The notes: generated by a model not told the origin, from the sequence alone. 64,000 nucleotides of DNA from Patescibacteria group bacterium (GCA_038064455.1 JBBTTB010000006.1:5147-69146), one strand, 5' to 3'; positions 1-9,964 are shown, counted from the first letter of the stretch. Made by a program: numbers and translations.

Positions 1-928
1 CGATAAAGTGTTGGTGTTCTTGCAAACAACCTATTGGACGCCAAGCGTTTCTGATGTGGTGGTGAATGGCGGTATTTCACCAGTGGTACAGACACTTAAT
101 GCAGTGCTTGAAAGTGTGCGTGTGACGGGCGACGTGATTGCTTCAGGCATGAAGAAGACATGGTTTGCCACGCGCGACCTGTTTCCGAATGTGGACGTCT
201 CTATGATGGCTCAATTCTGGAATGGTCGTGAGATCGCGATTGATTCTACAACATCTGATCCCGATGCGAGCATTTTCCGCAGTGACGTAACATCGCAAGG
301 TGCCGAACAATCAAAGGTAGTTCTTGAAAACGGAGGCGAACAGCTCGCAACATTTGGTATTGATTCAACCCGTGGCGAAATCTTCCTCTCCGGGACTTCG
401 AACTTGAATAGTGGTAGCGCGAAAGTCTTCTTTGACTACTCATTCTCGGCACTTATCTCACAAGATGTGCCTATTCGTGTCTTACTCACGTCTGGCCCCG
501 GCATCGCTGGCACGCTCACGGTTCCGGTGAAAAACGAATTTGGCTTTACGGTTCAAGAATTTGGCCAATACAGTAATGGAACCTTTGATTGGCTCGTGAT
601 CGCCCGCCGTGCGGGTCAGGAGGCGGGGGATAGCGCAGTAGTAGGCCCAACCCCGACAGTTTCAGCGACACCTACACCAGCACCCACAGTTGACCCGACG
701 CCTACTCCCGATGTAGTGGCTTCGCCATCGCCAGAACCAACTCCCACTCCGACCATCGAGCCAACCCCGGCGCCAACCGTTGATCCAACACCCGCACCTA
801 CCGTAGATGTTTCCCCGACGCCTACTCCCGATGTAGTGGCTTCGCCATCGCCAGAACCAACTCCCACTCCGACCATCGAGCCAACCCCGGCACCAACGGT
901 AGAACCCTCTCCATCGCCATCTGTGTAA
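1..928 (+). CDS. C-terminal part of a probable secreted/surface protein with Pro/Thr-rich repetitive tail (5' partial)
   Basis: Open frame from the window edge; beta-rich region followed by PTPTP/PSPEP repeats up to the stop. Confidence 0.75.
   Translation, partial: DKVLVFLQTTYWTPSVSDVVVNGGISPVVQTLNAVLESVRVTGDVIASGMKKTWFATRDLFPNVDVSMMAQFWNGREIAIDSTTSDPDASIFRSDVTSQGAEQSKVVLENGGEQLATFGIDSTRGEIFLSGTSNLNSGSAKVFFDYSFSALISQDVPIRVLLTSGPGIAGTLTVPVKNEFGFTVQEFGQYSNGTFDWLVIARRAGQEAGDSAVVGPTPTVSATPTPAPTVDPTPTPDVVASPSPEPTPTPTIEPTPAPTVDPTPAPTVDVSPTPTPDVVASPSPEPTPTPTIEPTPAPTVEPSPSPSV
694..891 (+). repeat. 78-bp exact direct repeat (694-771 and 814-891) within the PT-rich tail
   Basis: cccgacgcctactcccgatgtagtggc...ccaaccccggc occurs twice, 120 bp apart. 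Confidence 0.9.
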
Positions 929-1063
929 TACGATGAAACCATGTCATGTCAAGATTGCGCCACGGAAAGCGGCGCAGGATAATAGAGGAGTAGCTCACAT
1001 GTATTGCATGTCTGCGTACGGACCGAATGCACCCGTGCGGAGGCACACAATCGTGTGTTTATC

Positions 1064-3451
1064 ATGAATATGTATGGCATGCCCGATGCAGTTCTTACTG
1101 CGTCGACTCCGCGTGTTGAGCGCGGACAAGAAGAGGGAATATATCGCACCATTGCGAAGTGGGCGGTGCTCGTGTTCGCGTTTCTACTTCCGCTGTTTGT
1201 GCTCCCCGTAACGAGTGCGATGATAGAAGCGAATAAGTTTGTGTTTTTGATTGTTGTGGCGAGCGTTGCGCTTATCGCATGGTTCCTCGGCATCGTTGTC
1301 TCGGGGACATTGCGCGTGCGCGTATCACCAATACTTACCATCTTAGCGGCGTTTATTGGCGCGGGGATTCTTGCGACGGCACTCTCGGTATCGCCGGAAA
1401 AGAGTTTGTTTGGGAATGGCATTGTCTTTGCCGGTTCGCTCACGAGCATCATTGCGCTCTCGGCGATCGCATGTGTGGCGCTTCACGTATTTGACGATCG
1501 TGGTCGTGTGCTCGCAAAAACGCTTGGTGCTGGCACCCTGCTTGCCCTGGTGATTGGGTTACTGCAGTTGTTAGAGATTTATATCCTTGGCGTTGATGCG
1601 TTTGGTTCTCGTGCATTCAACACCGTCGGTTCCGTGAACGCGCTCGGCATGCTTGCCGCGTTCTCACTTCCGCTGTTTGCGAAGCTACGCCTGCCACTGC
1701 CGCGCCTTAAGAAGGCGAACGTGGCACTTGTGGGAGTGGTGGTGAGTTTAGCAATCTTGGTGATTTTGAACTGGTGGGTATTCTGGGTTGTTACGATTGC
1801 CGGCATGATCGGTCTTATTATCTGGGATAGCGTTGCTTCGCTACGTATGGGAGAGCGTAAATTCCGCATGGCACACTTTCTTCTGCCCATGACCGTTATC
1901 GTGCTTGGAGTGTTTCTTCTCATCGTACACTTCTCGGTTCCTACGGTGCGTAATGCGCTCCCTGTAGAAGTTGCACCATCGTTCGGCCTTTCATGGGATG
2001 TGATGATTAAGACATTTGGGAAGAATTTGATCTCTGGGTTTGGCCAGGAAAACTTCCTTCTCGCGTTTGACCGCTTTGGCGCACAGCGTCTTGCGCAGAC
2101 GACACTTGGGGATATTCGCTTCCTCTCTGGCACCTCTGAAGCTATGACGATGGTGGTAGAGCAGGGTGCGGTTGGTATCTTGGCGCTTGGCACTATGCTA
2201 TGGATGTTTGGTCTTGCGCTCGTGCGCATGGCGCGACGCGTGCAAAGTGATGAAGCGGTGCACGGCGCAGTCTTTAGTATGGCAGTCGCTATGTTGGTTG
2301 GCTTCTTTCTCTTCTCATTTGAAGGAACGCTGATGGGTGTGTTTTTTCTCCTGCTTGCGTTGGTGGCGCTTGCGGCTGCAGCGGATCACGAAGAGCTTAT
2401 TCACATTGAAGAGCGTCCGGCGTGGTCGCTTGCAGCTTCACTGGGCTTTATTACAGTGCTTATTAGTGTCCTGACTGGTGGTTACTTTGTTGCTTCGGCA
2501 TATACGGGTGATGTGCAGTTCGCAAAAGCGTTGCGTGTTACCGATAATGCTCAAGCAAGCGAAAGTATGGCTCGCGCGCTTGCATGGGCGCCTGATACTG
2601 ACCGCTATTTACGCGCTATTGCACAGCGTCAGGTTGCGATTATAGGCACGGAAATAAACGCCCCTGCGGGATCACAAGATGCCGAACGTCAAGCGCGCAT
2701 CCAAACCGCGGTCAATAATGCTATCGGCGCCGCGCGGCGTGCAACAGAAGCTGACTCTTCAGACTCATTGAACTGGTTTACCCTTGCTACAACCTACCAA
2801 CAATTGTTAGGCGTACTAGAAAATGCTGACGGTCTTGCCGAAGATGCCTATAAGAAAACGGCCGATCTCCGTCCGGGAGATCCAACCTTCAGTAATCAGC
2901 TGGGTACGATGTATTTAGCAAAAGCGGATCTTTCCCGCCAGCTTGCTCGCAATGCCGGTGCAAATGCTTCGCGTTTCAACGCGGAAGCAGAGGCTTCGCT
3001 GATCAAGGCAGAAGAACATTTCAAGAAAGCGATTGAAATGTCTTCGAACTTTGGGCAAGCGATCTATAATCTCGGCGCCGTCTACGATCGCCAAGGGAAG
3101 GTAAAAGATGCTATTCGTGAATTAGAGCGCATTGTTCCAGCAAACGCGAACAACGCGAATATGCTCTTTGAACTTGGCTTGCTCTACTATCGCGATGATC
3201 GCAAAACTGACGCGGTCGCAGCATTCGAACGTGCCGTGTTAATCTCTCCTGATTTCAGTAATGCGCGCTGGTATCTCGCCCTTATCTTAGAAGAGCAGAA
3301 GAAGCTCCCCGAAGCTATTGAGCAGGTACAGCGCATATTGTCTCTCGAGGCGAACAAAGATAACGAGACGATCCAAGAGAAACTCGTTCAGCTCGAACAG
3401 GGCCTCGCGACCATCGGCCCTGACGGTGCACTTGATGAAAAGCCATTGTAA
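1064..3451 (+). CDS. Multi-pass membrane protein (O-antigen ligase-like) with C-terminal TPR repeats
   Basis: About 12 hydrophobic segments, a GFGQENF loop, and TPR-like helices (AIYNLGAVY, MLFELGLLYY, ARWYLALIL); start uncertain. Confidence 0.75.
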   Translation: MNMYGMPDAVLTASTPRVERGQEEGIYRTIAKWAVLVFAFLLPLFVLPVTSAMIEANKFVFLIVVASVALIAWFLGIVVSGTLRVRVSPILTILAAFIGAGILATALSVSPEKSLFGNGIVFAGSLTSIIALSAIACVALHVFDDRGRVLAKTLGAGTLLALVIGLLQLLEIYILGVDAFGSRAFNTVGSVNALGMLAAFSLPLFAKLRLPLPRLKKANVALVGVVVSLAILVILNWWVFWVVTIAGMIGLIIWDSVASLRMGERKFRMAHFLLPMTVIVLGVFLLIVHFSVPTVRNALPVEVAPSFGLSWDVMIKTFGKNLISGFGQENFLLAFDRFGAQRLAQTTLGDIRFLSGTSEAMTMVVEQGAVGILALGTMLWMFGLALVRMARRVQSDEAVHGAVFSMAVAMLVGFFLFSFEGTLMGVFFLLLALVALAAAADHEELIHIEERPAWSLAASLGFITVLISVLTGGYFVASAYTGDVQFAKALRVTDNAQASESMARALAWAPDTDRYLRAIAQRQVAIIGTEINAPAGSQDAERQARIQTAVNNAIGAARRATEADSSDSLNWFTLATTYQQLLGVLENADGLAEDAYKKTADLRPGDPTFSNQLGTMYLAKADLSRQLARNAGANASRFNAEAEASLIKAEEHFKKAIEMSSNFGQAIYNLGAVYDRQGKVKDAIRELERIVPANANNANMLFELGLLYYRDDRKTDAVAAFERAVLISPDFSNARWYLALILEEQKKLPEAIEQVQRILSLEANKDNETIQEKLVQLEQGLATIGPDGALDEKPL

Positions 3452-4425
3452 TGAACATCCCTCGCATTCAGATCTCACAAAAGGTTGCGCTTGCATGGAG
3501 TATCACGGGAGCCTTCATTCTCGCGCTCGCGTATGTGCTCGCAGTGCCTGTTGGTGGCGCGCCACGTGAGATTTCCATTGCGAAAGGGCTTGGTACGGAT
3601 GCAATCGCTCGCACTCTCAAGGGTGCGGGCGTTGTGCGCTCATCTCTGGTGTTCTCGTTGTTGGTGCGCGCGCTTGGTGAGGATGGAAATTTACGCGCAG
3701 GGCGCTATATCATACACCCGCGCGACGAGAGTGCGTGGGACATTGCACTTAAAATGGCGGCTGGGCGAGCAGAGCCAGAAGACATTCGCGTGCTTGTTTA
3801 TGAGGGCATGAATGTATGGGAAGTTGACGGCCAACTTGCGGCGGTTGGTCTTATCTCGCGTGGGGCATTTGCAAAAGAGTGGTATCAAGACGAGGGGACA
3901 TTTTTCCCTGACACGTATCGTTTTCTGCCCGGAACAAGTGTTACTGAAATGGGGCGAACTATGCAAGAAAACTTTCGTGCAAAGGCCGGGTTCCCACGAC
4001 AAGATACCCTCATCGTTGCTTCAATGCTTGAGAAAGAAGGAAAGACACAAGAAGAACTGGAACTTATCGCTGGAGTCATCCAAAATCGCATAAAGCGGGG
4101 AATGCCACTTCAGCTCGATGCATCAGTGATCTACGGTGCCTGTATGCGTTCCTGGAAGGCCCAGGGCATGCGTGGTACCTGTGATGTGACCGATGTGCCA
4201 TCGGGGAGGGAAGCGGTCATAGATTCACCATATAACACGTATACACGCAAAGGGTTGCCAGAAAGCCCTATTGCTAACCCGGGGGCGATGGCGATAAAAG
4301 CGGCTGAACACCCGAAGGCATCAAAGTTTTTATATTATCTGTCACCACGCGATGGTAGTAGAGTTATTTTTACCGAAACGTACGCAGAGCATGTACGTAA
4401 TCGCGCGAAGTATTTAGGGATTTAG
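3451..4425 (+). CDS. mltG: Endolytic transglycosylase MltG (YceG-like)
   Basis: N-terminal TM; EGTFFPDTY, ASMLEKE, NRIKRGMPLQLDAS, SPYNTY..GLPESPIANPG motifs. Confidence 0.93.
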   Translation: MNIPRIQISQKVALAWSITGAFILALAYVLAVPVGGAPREISIAKGLGTDAIARTLKGAGVVRSSLVFSLLVRALGEDGNLRAGRYIIHPRDESAWDIALKMAAGRAEPEDIRVLVYEGMNVWEVDGQLAAVGLISRGAFAKEWYQDEGTFFPDTYRFLPGTSVTEMGRTMQENFRAKAGFPRQDTLIVASMLEKEGKTQEELELIAGVIQNRIKRGMPLQLDASVIYGACMRSWKAQGMRGTCDVTDVPSGREAVIDSPYNTYTRKGLPESPIANPGAMAIKAAEHPKASKFLYYLSPRDGSRVIFTETYAEHVRNRAKYLGI

Positions 4426-4440
4426 GTTGGCGTGTATTCT

Positions 4441-4549
4441 GCAAAACCCTACCCAAAGACTCAGCACGCTGTCGCCGCCCTACTGGCGGCGCATCTAGTT
4501 CTCGCACCGTCGTGCTCCGAAATGCTTCGCGTATTGGGTAGGGTTTTGC
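4441..4549. repeat. 109-bp element bounded by perfect 16-bp inverted repeats (MITE/REP-like)
   Basis: gcaaaaccctacccaa (4441-4456) / ttgggtagggttttgc (4534-4549) with internal hairpins. Confidence 0.75.
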
Positions 4550-4562
4550 CCATACGTTAGTG

Positions 4563-4698
4563 TGTCGCCTGTGCCCTCGGTTCTACCCTCTCGCAGCCCG
4601 AACAGTAAGAGTTGCTCAATAACGTAAGGTGAGGGCGAGTAGGAGCGCGAGCATTCGCAGGATGCTCGACGCGTGGTAGAGAGAGGGCATAGGCAACG
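4563..4698 (+). repeat. Branched inverted-repeat element with GCCC-GA...GA-GGGC-GAG core
   Basis: gcctgtgccctc/gagggcataggc and tctacc/ggtaga pairings enclose core 4596-4639. Confidence 0.6.
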
Positions 4699-4754
4699 TG
4701 AGAGGCGGGTATTGAGTGGTATACACTCAATACGGCAGCTTTTCTCGTAGATTC

Positions 4755-4782
4755 TTGCATTTTATGGGCTTTTTTGTATACT
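4755..4782 (+). promoter_or_regulatory. sigma70-type promoter of rplJL
   Basis: TTGCAT-16 nt-TATACT just upstream of the L10 leader. Confidence 0.65.
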
Positions 4783-4789
4783 TGTCCGT

Positions 4790-4870
4790 AAGCCGTAGAC
4801 AGCGGGCGTCCATAAGACCCGCCGAGGAAATACTCTTCAAAAGAGTCTGCGGCTGCGCGCAGGCTTTTTT
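4790..4870 (+). promoter_or_regulatory. Ribosomal protein L10 leader (autoregulatory RNA)
   Basis: CCGTAGACAGCGGG...CCCGCCGAGG matches the L10-leader pattern and lies directly upstream of rplJ. Confidence 0.8.
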
Positions 4871-4909
4871 AATTGGTCGAAGCGCGTAGCATAAACCGTA
4901 GTTTGTACC

Positions 4910-5581
4910 ATGAAAACACGAACACAGAAGGCAACAGAGCTTTCTCTCTTAAAAGAGAAGCTCCCGAAAGCAACGATTCGCATCTTCACCACGTTTGCAC
5001 GTGATGGGGAGAAAGGATTGTCGGTTGCAGAGATGCAGCAGCTCAAGCGCGCCCTTCGTAAGATCGGGGCAGAATTCCTGATCGCAAAGAAGAACTTGGT
5101 CGCTATCGCATCCAGCGACTTGCAATACGACGGCGTCGATGTCTTCAGCATGAATGGTTCCGTTGGAATCGCACTTGCGGAAGGTGATCAGTATGCCGCC
5201 GCTCGAGAAGTCTACAAGTTTGCTAAAGAGCACGAAGCACTCAAGCTCTACAGTGCATGGGGTGATGGCTACATTACACCAGAACTGCTCGCTGAAATGG
5301 CTACTATGCCGTCACGCGAAGAGTTGGTAGTACGTCTCTTGGGTATGCTCCAGTATCCGATCCGCTCGCTCGCGATGGTCTTGCAACAGATTGCTGACAA
5401 GCAACCTGCGGCACCTGCGCCCGTCACCGCCGAAGGCGGGACCCCGCAAAATGCGGTGGTAGCGGAACCGGTAGCGCCAGTTGTTGAAGAAGCCGCTCCT
5501 GCTCCGGATGTGTCAGCGGAAGCTCCCGCAGAAACACCGGCAGAAGCACCTGCAGTAAGCGAAACGCCTGCTGCTGAATAA
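4910..5581 (+). CDS. rplJ: 50S ribosomal protein L10 with Ala/Pro/Glu-rich C-terminal extension
   Basis: GLSVAEMQQLKRAL, KKNL, MPSREEL..LL motifs; precedes rplL. Confidence 0.93.
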   Translation: MKTRTQKATELSLLKEKLPKATIRIFTTFARDGEKGLSVAEMQQLKRALRKIGAEFLIAKKNLVAIASSDLQYDGVDVFSMNGSVGIALAEGDQYAAAREVYKFAKEHEALKLYSAWGDGYITPELLAEMATMPSREELVVRLLGMLQYPIRSLAMVLQQIADKQPAAPAPVTAEGGTPQNAVVAEPVAPVVEEAAPAPDVSAEAPAETPAEAPAVSETPAAE

Positions 5582-5587
5582 CCACGT

Positions 5588-5950
5588 ATGGACAAAGCAA
5601 CATTTATTGAACACATTGAAAAGATGAGTGTCAGCGAGCTCAATGAGCTCGTCAAGGGGCTCGAAGAGAAGTTCGGTGTCTCCGCCGCGGCATTTGCCAT
5701 GGCAGCACCAGCAGCGGGTGGCGCAGCAGCGGAAGAGAAGGATTCCTTCACCGTTGTACTCACCAACGCTGGCGAGCAGAAGATTCAGGTCATTAAGGTT
5801 CTCCGCGAATTGACCGGCCTCGGCCTCAAGGAAGTGAAGGACATGACCGACAATGTTCCTGCGACCGTCAAAGAGGAAGTAAAGAAAGCAGATGCAGAAG
5901 ACATGAAGAAGAAGTTGATGGATGCTGGCGCAACGGTTGACCTCAAGTAA
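5588..5950 (+). CDS. rplL: 50S ribosomal protein L7/L12
   Basis: [35 protein letters not shown]. Confidence 0.98.
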   Translation: MDKATFIEHIEKMSVSELNELVKGLEEKFGVSAAAFAMAAPAAGGAAAEEKDSFTVVLTNAGEQKIQVIKVLRELTGLGLKEVKDMTDNVPATVKEEVKKADAEDMKKKLMDAGATVDLK

Positions 5951-5967
5951 GCCACTACGCAGGTAGC

Positions 5968-5999
5968 ATCATAAAAGCCCCGTGAGGGGCTTTTATGAT
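5968..5999. terminator. Intrinsic terminator after rplL
   Basis: atcataaaagcccc-gtga-ggggcttttatgat. Confidence 0.9.
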
Positions 6000-6013
6000 A
6001 TGGGAGTGAGGAC

Positions 6014-6042
6014 TTGTAAGAATGCTTTAGATATTGTATAAT
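6014..6042 (+). promoter_or_regulatory. sigma70 promoter of an orphan gene
   Basis: TTGTAA-17 nt-TATAAT. Confidence 0.6.
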
Positions 6043-6130
6043 ATAAATCTGTTCCTTAAGGTGAAAAACACTTCAATGGCAGAAAAACTGCCGTTGGCAT
6101 AGTGCTAAGGAATGGGTAGTGAGGTGCGAC

Positions 6131-6649
6131 ATGCGTTGGTTCAGTCTCTGTTGGCTTTTTGCGGTGTCCATCGCGCTCGGTGTGAGTGGCACTGGGATCG
6201 GTTTCATCTTGGGTTTCATGGGCTTGCCGGTTCTGCTCTGGCATCTGGCGGTGATGCATCAGGCCCAAGCCTACTGCGATCTCGTGACCTGCGCCACGCG
6301 CGAAATGCGCATGACGATGTTGGGCGAGTTGGCGCAGAAACTACACGACGCACACGAAGACAACGTCGAACTGCAGCTTCTGGCGTCGCGGCAATCGCTG
6401 ATGGAAGCAGAGAACACCATAGGCGATCCGGAGGCTCGTGCCAAGACGCTGCTGGAGTGGCGCAAGGAGAATGAGGCGCGACTGAAGAAGGAGCAGAAGC
6501 AAGTGGATCGGAAGATTCGCGAGGCGAAACAAGACTTCTGGCGCGCCGCGGGCGTCGTGCATGCGCAGCATGAGGGCCACGCGATGCCCAAGTCGTACAA
6601 GGAGCTGTTGCCGCCCAAGGACGCCGTGCCAGCGTACGACCCCGACTAA
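6131..6649 (+). CDS. Hypothetical protein with two N-terminal TM segments and a coiled coil
   Basis: GAGGT SD before ATG 6131; own promoter and terminator. Confidence 0.7.
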   Translation: MRWFSLCWLFAVSIALGVSGTGIGFILGFMGLPVLLWHLAVMHQAQAYCDLVTCATREMRMTMLGELAQKLHDAHEDNVELQLLASRQSLMEAENTIGDPEARAKTLLEWRKENEARLKKEQKQVDRKIREAKQDFWRAAGVVHAQHEGHAMPKSYKELLPPKDAVPAYDPD

Positions 6650-6665
6650 GTCCCTACAACAGGGC

Positions 6666-6698
6666 AACGCCAGTGGAGAGCATCTCCACTGGCGTTTT
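6666..6698. terminator. Intrinsic terminator
   Basis: aacgccagtggag-agcat-ctccactggcgtttt. Confidence 0.85.
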
Positions 6699-6724
6699 CA
6701 TTTCTATACGCTGCTTTCTATTCC

Positions 6725-8659
6725 TTACTGCACCTGCCAGACTTTTTGATCTTCAGTGAGGTAGAAGAGCGAGCCGTTTGGATGCACTGTCGCGGTGACC
6801 ACCTCGTGCTCTTCAGGGAAGGTGATCGTCTTAAAGAGCGAGCCACTCTTCTTATCTACGAGGTAGAGACGATTGAGCGTTGTATCAAGAATGTAGACAT
6901 ACGGGAGGTCTACGCCAGTAAAGAGTTGTGATGCAGGGGATACAGGAAGGCCAGTGCTTACTTCTCCCGTGCGCTCGCCCTTGTAATAGGTGAGGAGGGT
7001 GCCCGTTGTGGTGACTGCGTAGATGTTCCCATCAATGGCGATATCTACGACATCTGCAGGAAGTGAAGCACTACTCTTGAGCCATGCACTTGCGGTGCCT
7101 TTGCCCTGCGCTGCTCCTGAAACGCGCATAATGGTGCTATTTGCAACGCCGTAGAGATTGTCTCCAAATTGTTCAAGATGCGCGAGGGCGGTGGAAAGGG
7201 TGATAGGGGTGACGCTCTGGCCCTTCACCGATGCGGCGTTGGTACCAGCAATAACCGTGTGAAGGGAATCGCTTCCCGTAAGCGCGGTTGCCTGTGCGGG
7301 AACGGTAACCGAGTCAGCAATAGCGGAGGTGCTAATGGCGTTTAATGTGCCGACGGTTTCGGTGGTGCGATACACATACAAGCCGTTCTGTGCAGCGATG
7401 TAGCTGATCTTTGCTTCTTCTTTGCTGTTATCAAATGCGAGTTGCGGTTCAGCGAGTTTTGCCTGATCAAGAGCATCGAGCTCCGCAAAAAGTTCAGAGC
7501 GTATTTCTTGTGCTGCGGTTGATGCGCTGTCTCCAGAGATAAATGGGTTGAGCGCGGCAAGTGATGCGCCCAAGAGGGTTCGTGCTTCCGGAATCTCATT
7601 TTGGTTTACTTTAGTTTTAGCGATCTTCATTTGATCGCGGACATCGGAGATGACTGTTGCGAGGGCTTCTTCTTCTGCGGAGGGCGTCACGAGGGATCGC
7701 ACAAAGAGGGTGCCACCAACGAGTGCGGCGATCATGACGACGAGGCCAATAGCGCGCGAGCGTGGGTTGAGGTCAGTGAGGCCAAGACGGCGGAAGAATG
7801 CCATGACGGGGTTCTTTTTTCGCCCCAACGAGAATTCGGAAGGAATGATGCGAGGAATGGTTTCTTCGCTTCCGAGCGATGTTGGTTGCGCGATGGGGGG
7901 CGTGTCGTGTTGAGGCGCCTGCGCAAAGCGGACTTGCTGTTGTTGTGGCTCTGGTACAAATGACGGTGCCGGCGCGGTGATTTCTCGGATCTTCTGCACG
8001 GTGATGTAGAGTGCGGCGCAGGAGAACGTATCTTTCTGTTCGCGAATAGCGGCAAGCTTTGCGATGAAGGCGTCTTTGTCGAGTTTGTCGAAATCACTCT
8101 TCACAAAGCGCTCTCGTGTGGTGAGCGAGCGATTGGGGAAGAGCGCAAGGAGGCGATCGTGTTCCTGCACTTTGCCGGAGATGATATTTGAGAATTGGCT
8201 GCCAGTGGCATCGGCATCTTTTTCGAAATGCTCTACATTGTTAAGTACATCAACAATGCCGCCCGTGCGCGCGAGGAACAGTTTAAACTTTCCGAGTTTG
8301 GAAATGAGGAGCGAGCCGTCAGCGATGGTGAAGATGCCCATGTTAATCTTTGCACCATTGTTTTCAAACAATTCGGAAACAACTTCGTTTACTTTGCGAA
8401 GCGTGTTTGAGAATGCATCTTTAATAGCAATGCCAGGGCGCGCGTAGTATTCACGCTTTGCAAGCGCGGCAATGAGGTTGAGCGCGTAGGCGAGATCATC
8501 AGTGGGGTGGCTGATGTTGCCGACCACGAAGAGATTACCCAACATGCGGGTGCTGTCTTGCTCGTCGGAGCTGTATGAGAATGCGTCCGCGGGTCCTTCA
8601 GGGTTCGCGCCAGAGATAGAGATTTCGTGGGCAATCGGCTTTAAAGTGATTTTTTCCAT
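6725..8659 (-). CDS. Hypothetical membrane-anchored protein: degenerate PP2C-like N domain, TM, C-terminal beta-propeller-like domain
   Basis: 644-aa ORF with central TM; IAIDGNIYAV and YILDTTLNRLYLVDK blade-like repeats. Confidence 0.7.
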   Translation of the reverse strand: MEKITLKPIAHEISISGANPEGPADAFSYSSDEQDSTRMLGNLFVVGNISHPTDDLAYALNLIAALAKREYYARPGIAIKDAFSNTLRKVNEVVSELFENNGAKINMGIFTIADGSLLISKLGKFKLFLARTGGIVDVLNNVEHFEKDADATGSQFSNIISGKVQEHDRLLALFPNRSLTTRERFVKSDFDKLDKDAFIAKLAAIREQKDTFSCAALYITVQKIREITAPAPSFVPEPQQQQVRFAQAPQHDTPPIAQPTSLGSEETIPRIIPSEFSLGRKKNPVMAFFRRLGLTDLNPRSRAIGLVVMIAALVGGTLFVRSLVTPSAEEEALATVISDVRDQMKIAKTKVNQNEIPEARTLLGASLAALNPFISGDSASTAAQEIRSELFAELDALDQAKLAEPQLAFDNSKEEAKISYIAAQNGLYVYRTTETVGTLNAISTSAIADSVTVPAQATALTGSDSLHTVIAGTNAASVKGQSVTPITLSTALAHLEQFGDNLYGVANSTIMRVSGAAQGKGTASAWLKSSASLPADVVDIAIDGNIYAVTTTGTLLTYYKGERTGEVSTGLPVSPASQLFTGVDLPYVYILDTTLNRLYLVDKKSGSLFKTITFPEEHEVVTATVHPNGSLFYLTEDQKVWQVQ

Positions 8660-8753
8660 GGGGTTTACTTTTCGAGTCCTCTACGCTAGACTGCGCGGGA
8701 TATTTTCAGGGCGCAGAACGTACTACCTGCATTCTACTGAAACGTCTGACCAT

Positions 8754-8954
8754 ATGTCAAAGAGTGTTCTGGATAACCTGTTTGGTTCGCGTGCGCGAGT
8801 CAAAATCTTAAAATTTATTTTTCGGACACATCCGGAACAGTTTACGTTTCGCGATGTTGTTCAACGCACGCAAGAGTCAGAAGATATTGTAAAAAAGGAG
8901 CTTGCCGTCCTTGAAAGTATGCACTTAGTGCGTCGCATAAGCAACGGTTCATAA
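8754..8954 (+). CDS. Winged-HTH domain (N-terminal half of an apparently split regulator)
   Basis: LFGSRARVKILKFIF...VKKELAVLESMHLV is ArsR/MarR-like. Confidence 0.7.
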   Translation: MSKSVLDNLFGSRARVKILKFIFRTHPEQFTFRDVVQRTQESEDIVKKELAVLESMHLVRRISNGS

Positions 8955-8956
8955 GT

Positions 8957-9448
8957 ATGCCTCCAAAGAAACGAAATCGCACTGGGAAGCGGAAAAAGAA
9001 AGCACGCACGCCAAAACGTGTGGTGCGTCCGCGCGTGGTGATGCCCGGCCCAACCTATGTGGTGAATAAAGAATTCGCGTTCTTTAACGAACTGCATTCA
9101 CTTATTTTAAAACCATCTCCTGCAGAGCGCGGCGAGTTGATGCGCCGCATTGCGTCACTTGGTCGCGTGAAGCTCGCGGTTATCTCCGGAGTCTTTTTAA
9201 ATACACCAGATCAAACAGCGCTCATTGATACGAACGCACCAACCGACTTGTTTTTAGTAGCAGATGATTATAGTAAACAAAAACTCTCTGCATTTTTGAA
9301 AGCCCTTGAATCAGAAGTAGGCAAGGAAATAAAGTTTGGTATCATGGATAGGGAAGAGTTTATGTATCGTTTTGGCATGTTCGATCGCTTCGTGCGCGTG
9401 CTCCTTGAGGGGCCCCACGAGAAGTTGATTAACAAGCTTGGCATTTAG
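8957..9448 (+). CDS. Nucleotidyltransferase-like domain (C-terminal half of an apparently split regulator)
   Basis: YVVNKEFAFFNELHSLI, VKLAVISGVF, DLFLVAD; highly basic N-terminus. Confidence 0.7.
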   Translation: MPPKKRNRTGKRKKKARTPKRVVRPRVVMPGPTYVVNKEFAFFNELHSLILKPSPAERGELMRRIASLGRVKLAVISGVFLNTPDQTALIDTNAPTDLFLVADDYSKQKLSAFLKALESEVGKEIKFGIMDREEFMYRFGMFDRFVRVLLEGPHEKLINKLGI

Positions 9449-9521
9449 GGCGCATAGCTCAGCTGGTTAGAGCGTTGCATTCACATTGCAAAGGTCCCTG
9501 GTTCGAGTCCAGGTGCGCCCA
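9448..9521 (+). tRNA. tRNA-Val(CAC), CCA not encoded
   Basis: GGGCGCA/TGCGCCC acceptor stem, D arm AGCTCAGCTGGTTAGAGC, anticodon arm ttgca-ttCACat-tgcaa, T loop GTTCGAGTC. Confidence 0.95.
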
Positions 9522-9964
9522 CTAAATAGGGCACGCGACAGCCGCTTCCGGTTGTTGCGTGCCCTGATTGCTGCATACGCGCCTGGCTCGAACGCCGGAG
9601 CGATGTGTTGCCAGCTGGCAACACCGCGAGGCGGTGGTCAGTTTACCCGCCCGCCAGTTAGGTGGGCGGGCCCGAGCCCCGACGACTGGTCGGGGCGAGA
9701 GGCGAGACCGAGTCCAGGTGCGCCCACTAAATAGGGCACGCGACAGCCGCTTCCGGTTGTTGCGTGCCCTGATTGCTGCATACGCGCCTGGCTCGAACGC
9801 CGGAGCGATGTGTTGCCAGCTGGCAACACCGCGAGGCGGTGGTCAGTTTACCCGCCCGCCAGTTAGGTGGGCGGGCCCGAGCCCCGACGACTGGTCGGGG
9901 CGAGAGGCGAGACCGAGTCCAGGTGCGCCCACTAAATAGGGCACGCGACAGCCGCTTCCGGTTG
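9504..9964 (+). repeat. tRNA-linked tandem repeat: 205-bp unit x2 plus a partial third copy, each starting with the last 18 nt of tRNA-Val
   Basis: cgagtccaggtgcgcccactaaatagggcacg... begins at 9504, 9709 and 9914; the units read as identical. Confidence 0.95.

Noticed and set aside
616-942. Antisense GV-repeat ORF and the many other antisense or overlapping ORFs in the track
   Set aside because: They are shadows of well-supported genes on the opposite strand or frame
6101-6108. Second CIRCE site (agtgctaa)
   Set aside because: Half-site only; no TTAGCACTC 9 nt upstream
8891-8897. A AAA AAG slippery site as a programmed -1 frameshift joining the split regulator
   Set aside because: The -1 frame hits TGA at 8912-8914, so a shift here cannot produce the fusion
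9504-9964. CRISPR array
   Set aside because: The 205-bp units are identical with no variable spacers, and there are no cas genes
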